Source of the DNA: Adineta vaga
Lineage: Eukaryota > Animalia > Rotifera
Length of the DNA stretch: 64,000 bases
Direction: 5' to 3'
NCBI GenBank assembly: GCA_021613535.1
Contig: CP075497.1
Location: forward strand, 9,486,001 to 9,550,000
The notes below the pieces were generated by a model that was not told the DNA's origin, searched no databases, and was given only the letters and a program-made list of their open reading frames with translations. The translations under genes and the position numbers were made by a program. Positions 33,383-45,322 of the stretch are shown here, in pieces; the stretch's first letter is position 1, and every line of letters starts with the position of its first letter.

Positions 33383-34532
33383 TTATGTCGACATAGAATT
33401 TGTATTTGAATGATCCGTATTATCAACATAGGTACTTTGTACACATGAACGATAATATTCTTTACTTGATATTAATTCATGAAAAAGATTTTGTGTTGAA
33501 ATAATATCGGGAAGAATCTGTTCTGTATGCTAAAAAGATAAATTGATAAAACTAATCGTTTATTTTCATGAAAAAATCTATTTACGTCAGTCAGTGATTT
33601 CATATCTTCAAGTTTATGGCGAGCTTTTCTATGTAGAATACTTTCAATTTGCTCAATTCGTCTTTTCCATAGATCATTTTTGAGAACAGGACACCAAGCA
33701 CGATGTGATGCTATTGGATCGAATGTTAAATGTTGACGATTAATAGAAATTTCTCGACAACATTTTCCACAAATTAATAAAGAATCTTTTAATATCCAAC
33801 AGAAAACAAGCATCTTAAAAGCTGATAATAATCGTGGATCATTTAAATGTGTACTTGAAAGAAGATCAAAATCTGTTGCCTCAATTTGAAAGATCTAAAG
33901 AAAATCTCTATTATTTTTTCAGAAATATTCAATTTTCTAAAAACAAACGGTCGTCAATGGGCCAACAATATCAATTTTTTGAATCCGTAATATAATTTCT
34001 TCTGCTTCTTTTATAAACTTATTAATTGTTTCATTGGAATAAATATCAGTCAATTGAATAATCGATTCTGGAATGATCATAAATTTCCATACACAATAAC
34101 GATGATGAGATTCTACCAAAGATCGTGTGATATTTTCGACACATTTTGTATCTATAATTAAATCAAGAAAGATTCATAGAAAATATTTCTTTTAAGAGCA
34201 ATTTCTTACATTCATTGATCTTCAAAACACTTGGTAATTGAGCAAGAATTTGAGCATGACAATTCATACATTCAATCGAATCATTTGTTCGACATGCCCA
34301 TCCTCGTCGTGCACATTCAATAGCTGATATTTGATCAGATTTACCAAACCAAAGATAATCCTTATTTACAAAAAGAAAATAGAATTTTTTTTGTGCGAAA
34401 CTAATAGAACAATGAATAAACTACTTCATAAGTTTTCAAACGTTCACGATATTCATCCAATGTTTTATGATTAATTGTTTGTAATTCAGATAGATGAAGA
34501 AGATGTGATGAAAAGTTCGAATCTTTTAACAT
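33383..34532 (-). CDS. ZC3HC1: C3HC zinc-finger protein ZC3HC1/NIPA; multi-exon
   Basis: ERLKTY..WFGK..ECARRGW..ECMNC..HHRYCVW (first C3HC module) and CGKC..FDPIASHRAWCP (second, Rsm1-like module). Confidence 0.85.
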
Positions 34533-34760
34533 ATTATGTGAGTTCTTTTCTTTTTATCTATTAGAAAATAAAAAAAAGAATAAGACAAAGAAGAAGAAGA
34601 GATAGATCAATGTTTAAATATGATTTCTATCGATAAAAGAAAAATAAATTACGAATACAACATCAATGAATGCAAACATATTTCAAGACCGACTAGGAAA
34701 AAGAAAAGAATAAATCACATGATAATCAAGACAAATAACAAACGAAAAAAGAAAGAAGAA

Positions 34761-35511
34761 CTAAGCTTTGCGATATTCAAGTCGTTCAACGGTAAATTTT
34801 TCATTGATTAATTGATAAACATAAAGTGTAAGTGATGCTTGTTGAATGTCCATTAAAACGAATGAAGGTATAGTTGAACTAGAAGTATATTTTCAATGAT
34901 TATTATCGAAAAAAAGATTTAAACGAACCTATTCAATGCATTAAATGCTCCAGTTGCTGAACCTGGATTAATAAAAAATTTGTTATCACGTTCAAATGCT
35001 TCGAATTTATGTGTATGACCAGTTATAAGAATGTCAACATCCATTTGACGTTGTAACATACTTAAACTTTCAGTATCACCTAAATAACGATCGATATATT
35101 TATGTTTATATCATTCAATAATTACCCCATGGAACAATTTGATGACCATGACAAAGACCAATACGAAATTGACCAACAGTGACAACTTTTTGATCGACAA
35201 AATTTGGATTCTAAATCATAAATAAATAATAAAATATCAAACACTCATCCAGATTTACTAACATCATCAAAATCTCCACGAACGATATGAACATCAGCTG
35301 TTAAAGTTTTCAAATAATCAACTGTTTCTTTTGTACATAGATTACCAGTACATAGAATATGTTGAATACGACCAGGAGTTAATAATTTACGAAATTCATG
35401 TGGTAAACCACTCACACGATAAGGAATGTGAAGATCGCCCAAGACAAGAACAAGCTAAATCAATCAACTGTTAGAAATGAGCAAATAAGAAAGGTTTTGT
35501 TTACTGACCAT
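34761..35511 (-). CDS. VPS29: Retromer subunit VPS29; first coding exon is ATG only
   Basis: ATG|gtcagt, then [63 protein letters not shown]. Confidence 0.97.
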
Positions 35512-36780
35512 TATTGGAATATTATCAAGTGAACAAATGTGTTATTTGGTTATTTAGATTATAAAAGACCCGTTCTAAAACTATACAAATTGTTAGTTGC
35601 TTTGCTTATCTCGAATAAGTGAAAACTTTCTACCGAACCAAACTGTTTAGTGAGTCATTTGATTAATACTTTCATTTCATTTCTTCTCTTCTTTACAACA
35701 GCAACACCAACCAGAGATATGATAGTTATGAAAATAGATGTCACTCATGCTACATTTTTTATTCGAATAGATCATATTTTAAATATTGTAAAGAACGGCA
35801 CTAGTTACTTAAAATCTCATTTTTGATATTTTTTTTAAGAATCGTTTCTGGATTTTCTCAATATCACATTTGAAATCAGTGCAAAAACTGAACTTGGGTC
35901 AATTTGCAAATTTTATTTTCGACCGAAGTGAAGTTCGTATATACCTGCAATTCAATTACAATATCTCAAATTTCGTGTAAATGTAACCACACGTTTTCGA
36001 TCTTCCATTCTTTATATGTTTTTTCAGGGTTTAGTCTGAAAACTTCAGAGATTATTACAATAGATCCTTCCCTTCAATTTGTACATTGAAAGTCATCACA
36101 ATTTCATTATGATGCATGCTAAAATTCGATGAGGGAAAGAAGCATGAAATCATACATCAGAGAAAATACATTTACGATTCAATATGATCAATTTTAATGT
36201 ATGAAAAAACAGAACGTGACATAAACTTCTTAAGGATTTGAATAAAAAATGCAACAATCATAACAAAATTTAAGTACTTGTCAATACTTTCACTAATGTT
36301 TTATCAGTGCGGATAAGTACATTAAAAGGACGTATTTTGTGATTCTAAATCTATCAGATAAACGTTGTAGTTTTATTGGTATAAGCTATTCTTTTACATC
36401 ATTAAATAACTAAATGTACTGATGAATGATAATTTCTGCTTTAAATGCATTTTATGTAAATAATAACACATTTGGAAAAATTCTGCAGAGATTTATATAC
36501 GCAAATGATTGTTAAGAGCACTTGAATAAAAGAAAATGTTAGTGAAAAAAACGAAAACGAAAAACAAAATCACGACTTATTTTGTCAAACTTTCATAAGC
36601 ACAAGTAAGAGCTTCTAAATGAATTCAATAACTAGTTCTGCCGAAGCCAATATAAATTCTTTTCTATTATTACGTTCTGTAATGACATAATAGTTCCTAT
36701 AATAATGTTCCGATGAATCATGAAATATAAAATGTGAAGATTTATAGAAACTTATTGAAATGAGTTTTGATTTTTTAGAT

Positions 36781-39700
36781 ATGAAGTCAAATTTTGGTTT
36801 AACAGCCTATCAAGCTAAACGGCAAGCTTTAATTAATTTAGCTCTTAAAAGAGAACCAGCTCCTCCACGTTCGAAAACAGTTGTAACCTTTGTCGAAGAT
36901 ATACCAAGTGGAGATGTTAGCATTCAAGAATTACCGTCACCAAGCACACCGGTGTATATAATTGCATCACCTACTAGACAGATTACTATGATAGCACCAA
37001 CACCGACGACCACCAATGAACTTCCCAATACAAGCACGCCTGTGAAAGAGTTAACATTATGTACGAGACATGCTAGTATGATAGCAACACCTATAACATC
37101 TGTCAATGAGTTACCACCAACAAATGCCCAGTCAGCCTACACTGTAACATCAATTTTGTTAGTGCATTGTTCAAAAGTCAATATATGCGGTTACAAATAT
37201 GATTCTATGTTTTAGAAAGAAAACAACTATACAAACACCTACTGTACCATCAACTTTAACAAAAACCGACAAAAGCATTTCACCATTAATTCCTTTGATA
37301 GCTTTAACATTGCTTGTGTTGATACTTGCTGCTGCAGTCATTCTCTTACCACCCATTGCTATATCATTACAAACCCATCGAGGTATAATTTGAGTAGCTT
37401 CAATCGAATATTTCAATTTTATTCTTAATTATAGATATATCTTGTATTCCTGGATGTTGGAACGGTGGTAGTTGTTCTGCCAAAAACGTGTGTACTTGTC
37501 TAACAGGCTACAATGGAGACCGTTGTGAATCACGTAAGATTATTTTAATAAAGAGATCTAATGAAATAATGTCTTACAAATCGACATGATCAGTTTCAAA
37601 TGAATATACACTTCTTCTGAATCCCATACCATTTTGAACATCGGATTTACGGTAATCATTTTTTCTTCTATAGCAATATGCAATCAAACTTGTAACAATG
37701 GATTATGTACGAGTCCCTATCAATGTAAATGTCTAGCTGGTTGGAATGGAACCTATTGTAATCAACGTAAGTCTCCAATTTTGCGCCTGCGATAGATAAC
37801 TATTCATCATTCAAATATTTTAGCTATTTGCACTACTGCATGTGTCAATGGAAATTGTACTTTACCTAATTATTGCAGGTAACTTTTCCAAACTACTTTT
37901 TGTCATATCTCTTTTCTATCTCTAGTTGTTTTGCTGGATATTCGGGTTACTTGTGTCTAACACGTAAATGCCTTTTTTTCTCTCTTCTATATTAATTAGT
38001 AAGTATATCTCGATTTTAGCTGTATGTTCACCATCATGTGTACATGGATTTTGTACTGCACCAAATACTTGCACGTAAGTTATTCTACAAAAAACGATTA
38101 TAGTAAAATGGTTATGAATATGATTGATACAGATGTAATGCTGGCTGGAATGGAACACTCTGTGATGAACGTCAGTGCTTTTTTGCATATTTAATCATAC
38201 ATAATAATTTTGAATACGCCTGTTTTTATAGCGATTTGTTCACCTGCATGTGTGAATGGTAATTGTACACTTCCAAATGTATGCAATTGTAGCACAGGTT
38301 GGCAAGACAATATATGCAGTACTCGTAAGTTTTTTCTTAATAAAATTGAATGTATTCAATAATTACATATGATATCTTTCTCAGCTATTTGTTCGCCTAC
38401 TTGCATGCATAGTTCTAATTGTACTGCTCCAAATACATGTGTTTGTTCAACAGGTTATAATGGTAGCTATTGTCAAGATCGTAAGTTTTTCTTTTAATTG
38501 AAACTTTCCTTTTTAGTTATTCTCTTTTCTTTTTTATTCCGTAGCAATTTGTCCATTAGGGTGTTTACATTCGGGTAACTGTGTAAGTAAACTGATGAAA
38601 TTCATTGTTATCAATTTAATCAGTTCTAAATTAGACTGCACCATCGAATTGCACATGTCCATCAACGTATACCGGTGCAATATGTGAAACTCGTAAGTAA
38701 TTTTCATTACAGATGACACTCATATATTGGAAATATTATTGTTTTTTAGCGGTATGCAAAAGTGCATGCTTGAATAATGGAAATTGTACTGGTAGGATTA
38801 ACTCTGATCAAATCGAATCTATCTTTTGAATACTTTTTATTAATTAAGCACCGGATACATGCACTTGTGCTACAGGATGGACTGGAAGTCTTTGTCAAAC
38901 ACGTAAGGAGTTGATCGAGTGTTGTGTATATAAGTACTGAGAGAGAACAATTTTTTTAAGCTATCTGTTCGCCATCTTGCCGAAATGGGGGTATCTGTGT
39001 AAGTATAGTTTAATAGGAAATTGTGTTTATTCATTCAAATCAATCAATTATCAATTAGGTTGCGCCACAAAATTGTTCTTGTGATACAGCAAATTGGTTT
39101 GGATCTTTATGTGAAACACGTAAGTTGTAGTTTCAATTTCATTTATTACTCTTATTCATTGTCAATGATATGTTTATTTTAGCGGTTTGTGGTAATTGTA
39201 GCAATGGTGGCACATGTGGACTAACTCCTCATACATGGTTCGTAAACGCATACTATTTATTTATCATAGTATCACTGTTTATAATTTAATTAGTAATTGT
39301 ACTGTTCAATGGACAGGTTCTTCGTGTAATACTCGTATGTTGTTGTTTTCAGTCAACATTTAGAAGATTATGATAATGTTTCATTGTTTTCTATTAGCTG
39401 TCTGTTCAATACCATGTCAAAACCAAGGCGTATGCATCGGTATGTATGAATAGTTCAACTACCATCTATTCCACAAAATCAAATAATAATTTATTTTAGC
39501 ACCCGATAATTGTTCTTGTCAAATAGGATATAATGGTAGTGTTTGTCAATATCGTATGTTTACATTAATTGAGAAAAAATATGGATAGAATAGTTTCTTA
39601 TTTTGATAGCTATATGTAATCAACCATGTAACAATGGTGGTATATGTGTTGCACCTGATCAATGTAATTGTACAAATTCATGGTCAGGCTATCTATGTGA

Positions 39701-41256
39701 TATACCAAGATGTACTCCAATTTGTCAAAATGATGGTAAGAATTAGGCAGTTATTAGGGGAAGTTTTCATTTTACTTCCGTATAACATTTTCAGGAATTT
39801 GTGTTGGGCCAAATACATGTCTATGCGATAATTCTACCTGGATTGGATCTTATTGTGAAATACGTAGGTTGATCTTTTACGAAGCAATTTTTTTATTCAG
39901 ACATCTAATATAATCTCTTTCTTTCTCAGCAATCTGTTCTACAACGTGTCAAAATGGTGGTACATGTATAGCACCAAACACCTGTCAATGTAAAATTTCA
40001 GATAGAACTAATTCTAAATTCATTTGTAATATACTTATGTTATTAATTTATAGGTACTACAGGTTACACGGGCGCTACTTGCCAAGATCGTAAGTATTAT
40101 GATAAACTATTTTATTCATATAAATTATCTTTTTTATTATTACTATTGAATAGCTCTTTGTAAACCGTTAAACAGTCACGATTTTCTCGATTATCAAACA
40201 CCAAATGCTACTTGTCAAAACGGGGGAACATGTATATCACCGAATCAATGTGCAGTTAGTAGAGATATTTATTTCAAAACTATTCTATAATTTTGTTCTT
40301 TTCCTCAAGTGTACTTCATCATGGAATGGAACTTATTGCCAACTACCTATATGTACAACACCATGTCTGAATAATGGTAACTGTACTGCTCCAAATACTT
40401 GTACCTGTGAATATACTCTTTGGAATGGAACTCTATGTGAAACACCTATTTGTTCACCAATATGTCAAAATTCGGGTAATTGTACATCTCCTGGTGTATG
40501 TACCTGTGAACGACACAATGGATTGGAAGTCGATGTGAAACACCTGTTTGTACACCAATATGTCAAAATTCGGGTAATTGTACATCTCCTGGTGTATGTA
40601 CCTGTGATACGACACAATGGATTGGAAGTCGATGTGAAACACCTGTTTGTACACCAGTATGTCAAAATTCGGGTAATTGTACATCTCCGGGTGTATGTAC
40701 CTGTGATACGACACAATGGATCGGAAGTCGATGTGAAACACCTGTTTGTACACCAGTATGTCAAAATTCGGGTAATTGTACATCTCCAGGTGTATGTACC
40801 TGTGATATAACACAATGGATTGGTTCTACTTGCCAAACACGTAAGTTTAGATAGATTTTGAATACAGTCGTGGTTCTCAATCTTTTAACTTTCAGCTGTT
40901 TGTTCCTTGCCTTGTCAAAACTCTGGTGTTTGTACAGCTCCAAATACCTGTACATGTCCATCACAATGGACTGGTTCAGATTGTAGCGTTGGTATGTTTC
41001 TTTAATCATGTAGTTAAATAGAAAAAATGATTTGCTTCTTCGTTTACTAGTTAATTGTCATACATGTGCCAGTTCAACTTATAACGCCTCATGCTACAAC
41101 TGTATTGTTTCTATCAATATGTGTACAATAGCATGTGACTGCGAATATAATTCTGCAAATTATACCACATCAGTTCTTTTACAAACAGGTATTAATAATG
41201 GATGTGACTTAACCAATATCAATGGTGTTTTGATCTGTACCGGTACATGTCCATAA
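36781..41256 (+). CDS. Type II membrane protein: P/T-rich N-terminus, TM segment, about 21 EGF-like repeats, C-terminal Cys-rich CVNH-like module; apparent frameshift at about 40509
   Basis: TM segment LIPLIALTLLVLILAAAVILLPPIAI. Many 40-100 nt exons encoding C..C.NGG.C..PN.C.C..GW.G..C units. Final exon 41051-41256. Confidence 0.85.
40436..40830 (+). repeat. Four near-identical 99-bp tandem repeats, one EGF unit each; the first unit is 98 bp
   Basis: Units start at 40436, 40534, 40633 and 40732; consensus CETPVCTPxCQNSGNCTSPGVCTCDTTQWxGSR. Confidence 0.95.
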
Positions 41257-41460
41257 ATACTACAACTTCGAAGAATACTGCGCAGTTTTATTGTTCTTTT
41301 GACATTTTTTTCATTCTAAGTTAAAATTTATACAACTTTCTTAATGTTATAAGTCTATTTATAATGCAGTGACAGAGAGCGTATGATTCTCTATCACAAA
41401 TATTGAAATTATAAAATGAAAATAAATATATTATTATATATTTCATAAAGAAAGGTGTAT

Positions 41461-42063
41461 TTAAAAACTCTTCTCTTGATCTATTGTATTTAAACGTTTG
41501 AAAAGAAAGTACAAATCAGCAATAGCCACAATAAATGCACAGAATAATCCACATGATATTTGTAAAACAAAATTTTTAATACCAATCGAATATTCCACTA
41601 CTTTGTAACCAAAAACAAAAGCGCCACCAATCGTCAGAAAAACATTTGCAACCGTTATTAATTGTCCTTGAACAGATTTCATATCAGGCATAAATGATTC
41701 TGTTGATACCTTTGTATATAATTGATTACAACTAACATTTTTCGTCATTGCATCATATTCACGATTGGCTTGTTCAGCTTTTAATCTTTCAATACGTGCA
41801 TCTAATTCAGGATTTCTTTCTGGTTCAACATATGTAGGAACAAATAAATCACAATCAGTTAAAATTTCATGAAGATACTTTTCTTTATCAGATAATTTAT
41901 ATGCATCGACAATGATTGATGCTGGAATGTATTTTGTTGTATTTGATTGAAGTATGTTTTCAATTTGTTTATAATCTTGAGAATTTTTATCATCGAATTT
42001 CTTCAATGTATTTTCTAAGAATTGTTCGATTGTAGATGTTCGTTTGATTTGTACTAGATTCAT
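41461..42063 (-). CDS. TMEM199: V-ATPase assembly factor TMEM199/VMA12; intronless
   Basis: YLHEIL..P..ERNPELDARIERLKAEQANREYDAMTKNV, two C-terminal TM segments, ADLYF. Confidence 0.92.
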   Translation of the reverse strand: MNLVQIKRTSTIEQFLENTLKKFDDKNSQDYKQIENILQSNTTKYIPASIIVDAYKLSDKEKYLHEILTDCDLFVPTYVEPERNPELDARIERLKAEQANREYDAMTKNVSCNQLYTKVSTESFMPDMKSVQGQLITVANVFLTIGGAFVFGYKVVEYSIGIKNFVLQISCGLFCAFIVAIADLYFLFKRLNTIDQEKSF

Positions 42064-42431
42064 TGTTTAATTATGAATAAATAATTGAAAACCAATCCAA
42101 CTAAGTCCGTAAAGTGTTAAAGCAACAATAATTGTTGATGGAATGAGAAGAAGATAATAGATTGGAAGAATAGAAAAAATTGTCATCAAAATAAACAATT
42201 GCACTCCGATGATAACGATTGCAGATGCACACAGACTTATTTATTATGTTGTTCTCGTTCTCGAACTTGAAGTAGTGACACATATGACACATGAATTCTT
42301 TTTTGATTGGAAGATAGTACAATGAGTCATAAAGTTGTGTGGTAACATTTTTATTCGTTAGTTCATGAAAAAGGAAAAACTGCTATAAAGATTGAACTCT
42401 TTGTTATTCGAAATCATTTCTAACATTAAAC

Positions 42432-43712
42432 ATGTCGAGTAAAGTAAATCTACATCTTGAATTAAAAGAAATTGGTTATGAAATTGGAGCATTTGCTTCG
42501 AAAGAGACATTATCCAATGTTATGCGTCTTCATTTATCGGTAGGGAAATTTCTTTTTGATTATTGAAACTTTTAAATTATAATTTCTTAGGTTGAAGAAG
42601 ACAAAGGAATCAATGTAGCCAAATTAAGTGATCATGATCTTCGTAAAATCTTAGTTGAAAACGGTCTTTCAGTTGGACCAGTAACAAGTAATGAATCGTT
42701 TAATAGAAATAATTTGTCTTTGTATGAAAAAATGTCTCATTAATTTAGGTCATACTCGATCGATTTATCAACGAAAATTACTTGAAGTTTTAACAAATGA
42801 AACAACTGAAGGTAAAATCGAATATTTCTCACTTAAACAACCAACATATTTTACCTGTTTTTTAGGACAAGAAGATGTAACCGAAATAGAAGTACCTAGT
42901 TCAACAACACCACCACCATCATCATCATCATCATCACGTACAAATCGTAGTTCAATACTTCGGTAACTATTTCTCATTTCAGTATCAATCTTAATCTGTT
43001 TTTTTTCGAAAATATTTGCAACAGCGAAGACAATGGCATTTCTTCGTCTTCATCTGATCGATCGTATTTACATGAATTTCAAGAACCACGTATTCCATTG
43101 AATCGGGTCGAGATTGACGATAAAAATGTTCGTAATATATCATCATACTATCCAAATATTTCAACAACCAAATCGAAAAATGAAGAAATCATAACTAATT
43201 CTTATTCATCTCAACGTTCATCAACAAAATCAGAATCACGAAATAGTAATGTTACCTATGGTTTACGTGATCCATATGATTTTCAAAATGATGAACCAAT
43301 GATCATTCGTCATGAACATAAAGCAACACCGTTTCGGACAACAAACACATCTTCAACTGAAACATTTTCAAATAATACAAATCGCTTTTCAAAACCATCA
43401 GATATACAATCATTGGCACGAAATGATTTTAATGAAATTCGATCACGAATTTTTCCAAATACAAATGAACAAAAAGAGATAAAAATCAATCAAGATGTGA
43501 TAACAAAAAAGCCTACGTTTATCAATGATTCAGAACTAAAAAAACCCACAAATAATGAAAAACAAACTGTTGCAGTCAAAAGTAAATAAACAAAACATTT
43601 TATAATTTAACTTCTTTATTTATTTTAAGATAATGGAACATATCTTTACGGTGGTATTACAATCGGTGTTGCCTTAATTGTCTTTGTACTTTATCTCTTC
43701 TTTGAAAACTGA
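42432..43712 (+). CDS. LEM-domain inner nuclear membrane protein (LAP2beta/emerin-like) with C-terminal TM anchor
   Basis: Helix-extension-helix-like N-terminus, LEM domain (LSDHDLRKILVENGLSVGPVTSHTRSIYQRKL), Ser-rich middle, terminal TM YLYGGITIGVALIVFVLYLFF. Confidence 0.85.
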
Positions 43713-44172
43713 ACTGAAGTATTTTCTGTAATTGTCAGCATGAAAGAAAGAGTTGATAATTTTTTTATTCATCAATCTTTGTCTTGTTTATCAGAAACTT
43801 CTTTCTATATTTGTGTGATAATTTGAGATATGAAAATGAATGTTACGTGCTTGGTTATATGAATTGACATATCTCTTATTCCATATTAACTATCTCTATA
43901 TTTTCCTTCCTTCTTGTATTTCATAATGTCTATGTGGGTTATTATTTTTTTTTTGTATTTGAAGAATAAAATTGAAAAACATACACGCAAGGCATTTTTT
44001 ATGTCGGTTCATGTGAATAGTTTGTTGATACTGTTTATTGACAAAACATCAAGTTCCTGCGGTTGAATACATCATGAGAAAAGAAAAGCTAGACGTAAAT
44101 AAAATATCTGTACAGTATTTAACGTGAAAGAAGAAAGAGCAAAAATATTCGATGAAAAAAAGCAAATGAGAT

Positions 44173-44649
44173 TTATTGTGTATACTGAAAAAGTGTTTTA
44201 CCACTTCGTGTAACAATTCCATCATCAGGAATAGGTGGTGTGTGAAAATCATCATCAGCATCTTCTACTTCATCATCGGCACCTAAATAAACCAATATTT
44301 TGTTATACAATCATTTCATTTCATTTATCTTACCTTCACTACTTTCATTGGTAATAGCTTCAAGAAGTTTACGTTGATAGATTGCACGCGTATGACCTAT
44401 AACAGGACCAGCGGTGATATTACGTTCGTTTAAACCGCAACGAAGTTCATGATCATTCATTTTTGAAACATCAATTCCTTTTTCTAAAGCCTGAAAACAA
44501 ACAAGATATGTCTTGATATTCTATTAATTATGAAATTTTACTTTTGAATGGAGATGTAGTAAATTCATGAGAGTTTCTTTCGAAGTGAAAGGATTCAGAT
44601 CATAACCATATGTTTTCATGATTAACTGTAATTCGTGCTTAGTAGACAT
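44173..44649 (-). CDS. Short soluble LEM-domain protein, paralogue of 42432-43712; 3 exons; not in the ORF track
   Basis: MSTKHELQLIMKTYGYDLNPFTSKETLMNLLHLHSK|ALEKGIDVSKMNDHELRCGLNERNITAGPVIGHTRAIYQRKLLEAITNESSE-GADDEVEDADDDFHTPP..YTQ*; no TM segment. Confidence 0.85.
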
Positions 44650-44705
44650 TTGTGTGTTTATTTAAAAAAATAAAATCTGAAGAATAAAAGAAAAACAACA
44701 AATAA

Positions 44706-45152
44706 TTATGATTCCATTGTTTCATTTGGAAGATTTGAATCACCAAGAGGTGATAAATGTGTTCGTATTAGATCAATTAATTCATTACTCTGTGCTTCAG
44801 TCAAACGTGTTTCTGAATCTTCAATAATTAATTGTAATTCTACAGGTGTTGTTGGCCGTAAATTAAATATTTGAAGCATTTCTGTCTTTTTTAAATCAAA
44901 TTTTTTCATTTCATTATAAAATTGTTTGATTATCGTTGGATTTTGTTCTACACATGGCGTTTGTTCGAGATATTTCAATGTTTCATAAGTGACTGTATTC
45001 AAACCAAAATTACAATGTTCAAGTGTACGATTTTGTCCTTTTTTTCCACGTTTACCATTTTCACGTTCATTATTTGTCTCATGAAGTTGTTTAACAACAA
45101 GATAAGTTTCATAGTTTGATAATGGACGAAGTGAATCACGTTGAAAATCCAT
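44706..45152 (-). CDS. CRCP: RNA polymerase III subunit RPC9 (CGRP receptor component); intronless
   Basis: LSNYE, LNTVTYETLKYL..TPC, LKKTEMLQIFNLRPTTPVELQLIIEDSETRLTE (Rpb4/RPC9 family). Confidence 0.92.
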   Translation of the reverse strand: MDFQRDSLRPLSNYETYLVVKQLHETNNERENGKRGKKGQNRTLEHCNFGLNTVTYETLKYLEQTPCVEQNPTIIKQFYNEMKKFDLKKTEMLQIFNLRPTTPVELQLIIEDSETRLTEAQSNELIDLIRTHLSPLGDSNLPNETMES

Positions 45153-45322
45153 AAATTTTTCTGTTTAGTTTTAGTCGAAAGATAGATCTATAATAAACAT
45201 CAGCATGTGGTTTTTTCTCTATTTTTTGGAGAAAGGAAATCATGGGTGATGATCTAATATACAACCAAAAAAAGATCGGGGGATCACAAAAAGAAAACTG
45301 AAGAGTAGAAGGATTAAAATGT

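Noticed and set aside
35509-35511. ATG-only first coding exon of VPS29
   Set aside because: Real, but a known conserved feature of animal VPS29 genes.
40454-40836. Repetitive minus-strand ORFs, superficially CRISPR-like periodicity
   Set aside because: These are shadow frames of the 99-bp EGF coding repeat. There are no unique spacers and the context is eukaryotic.
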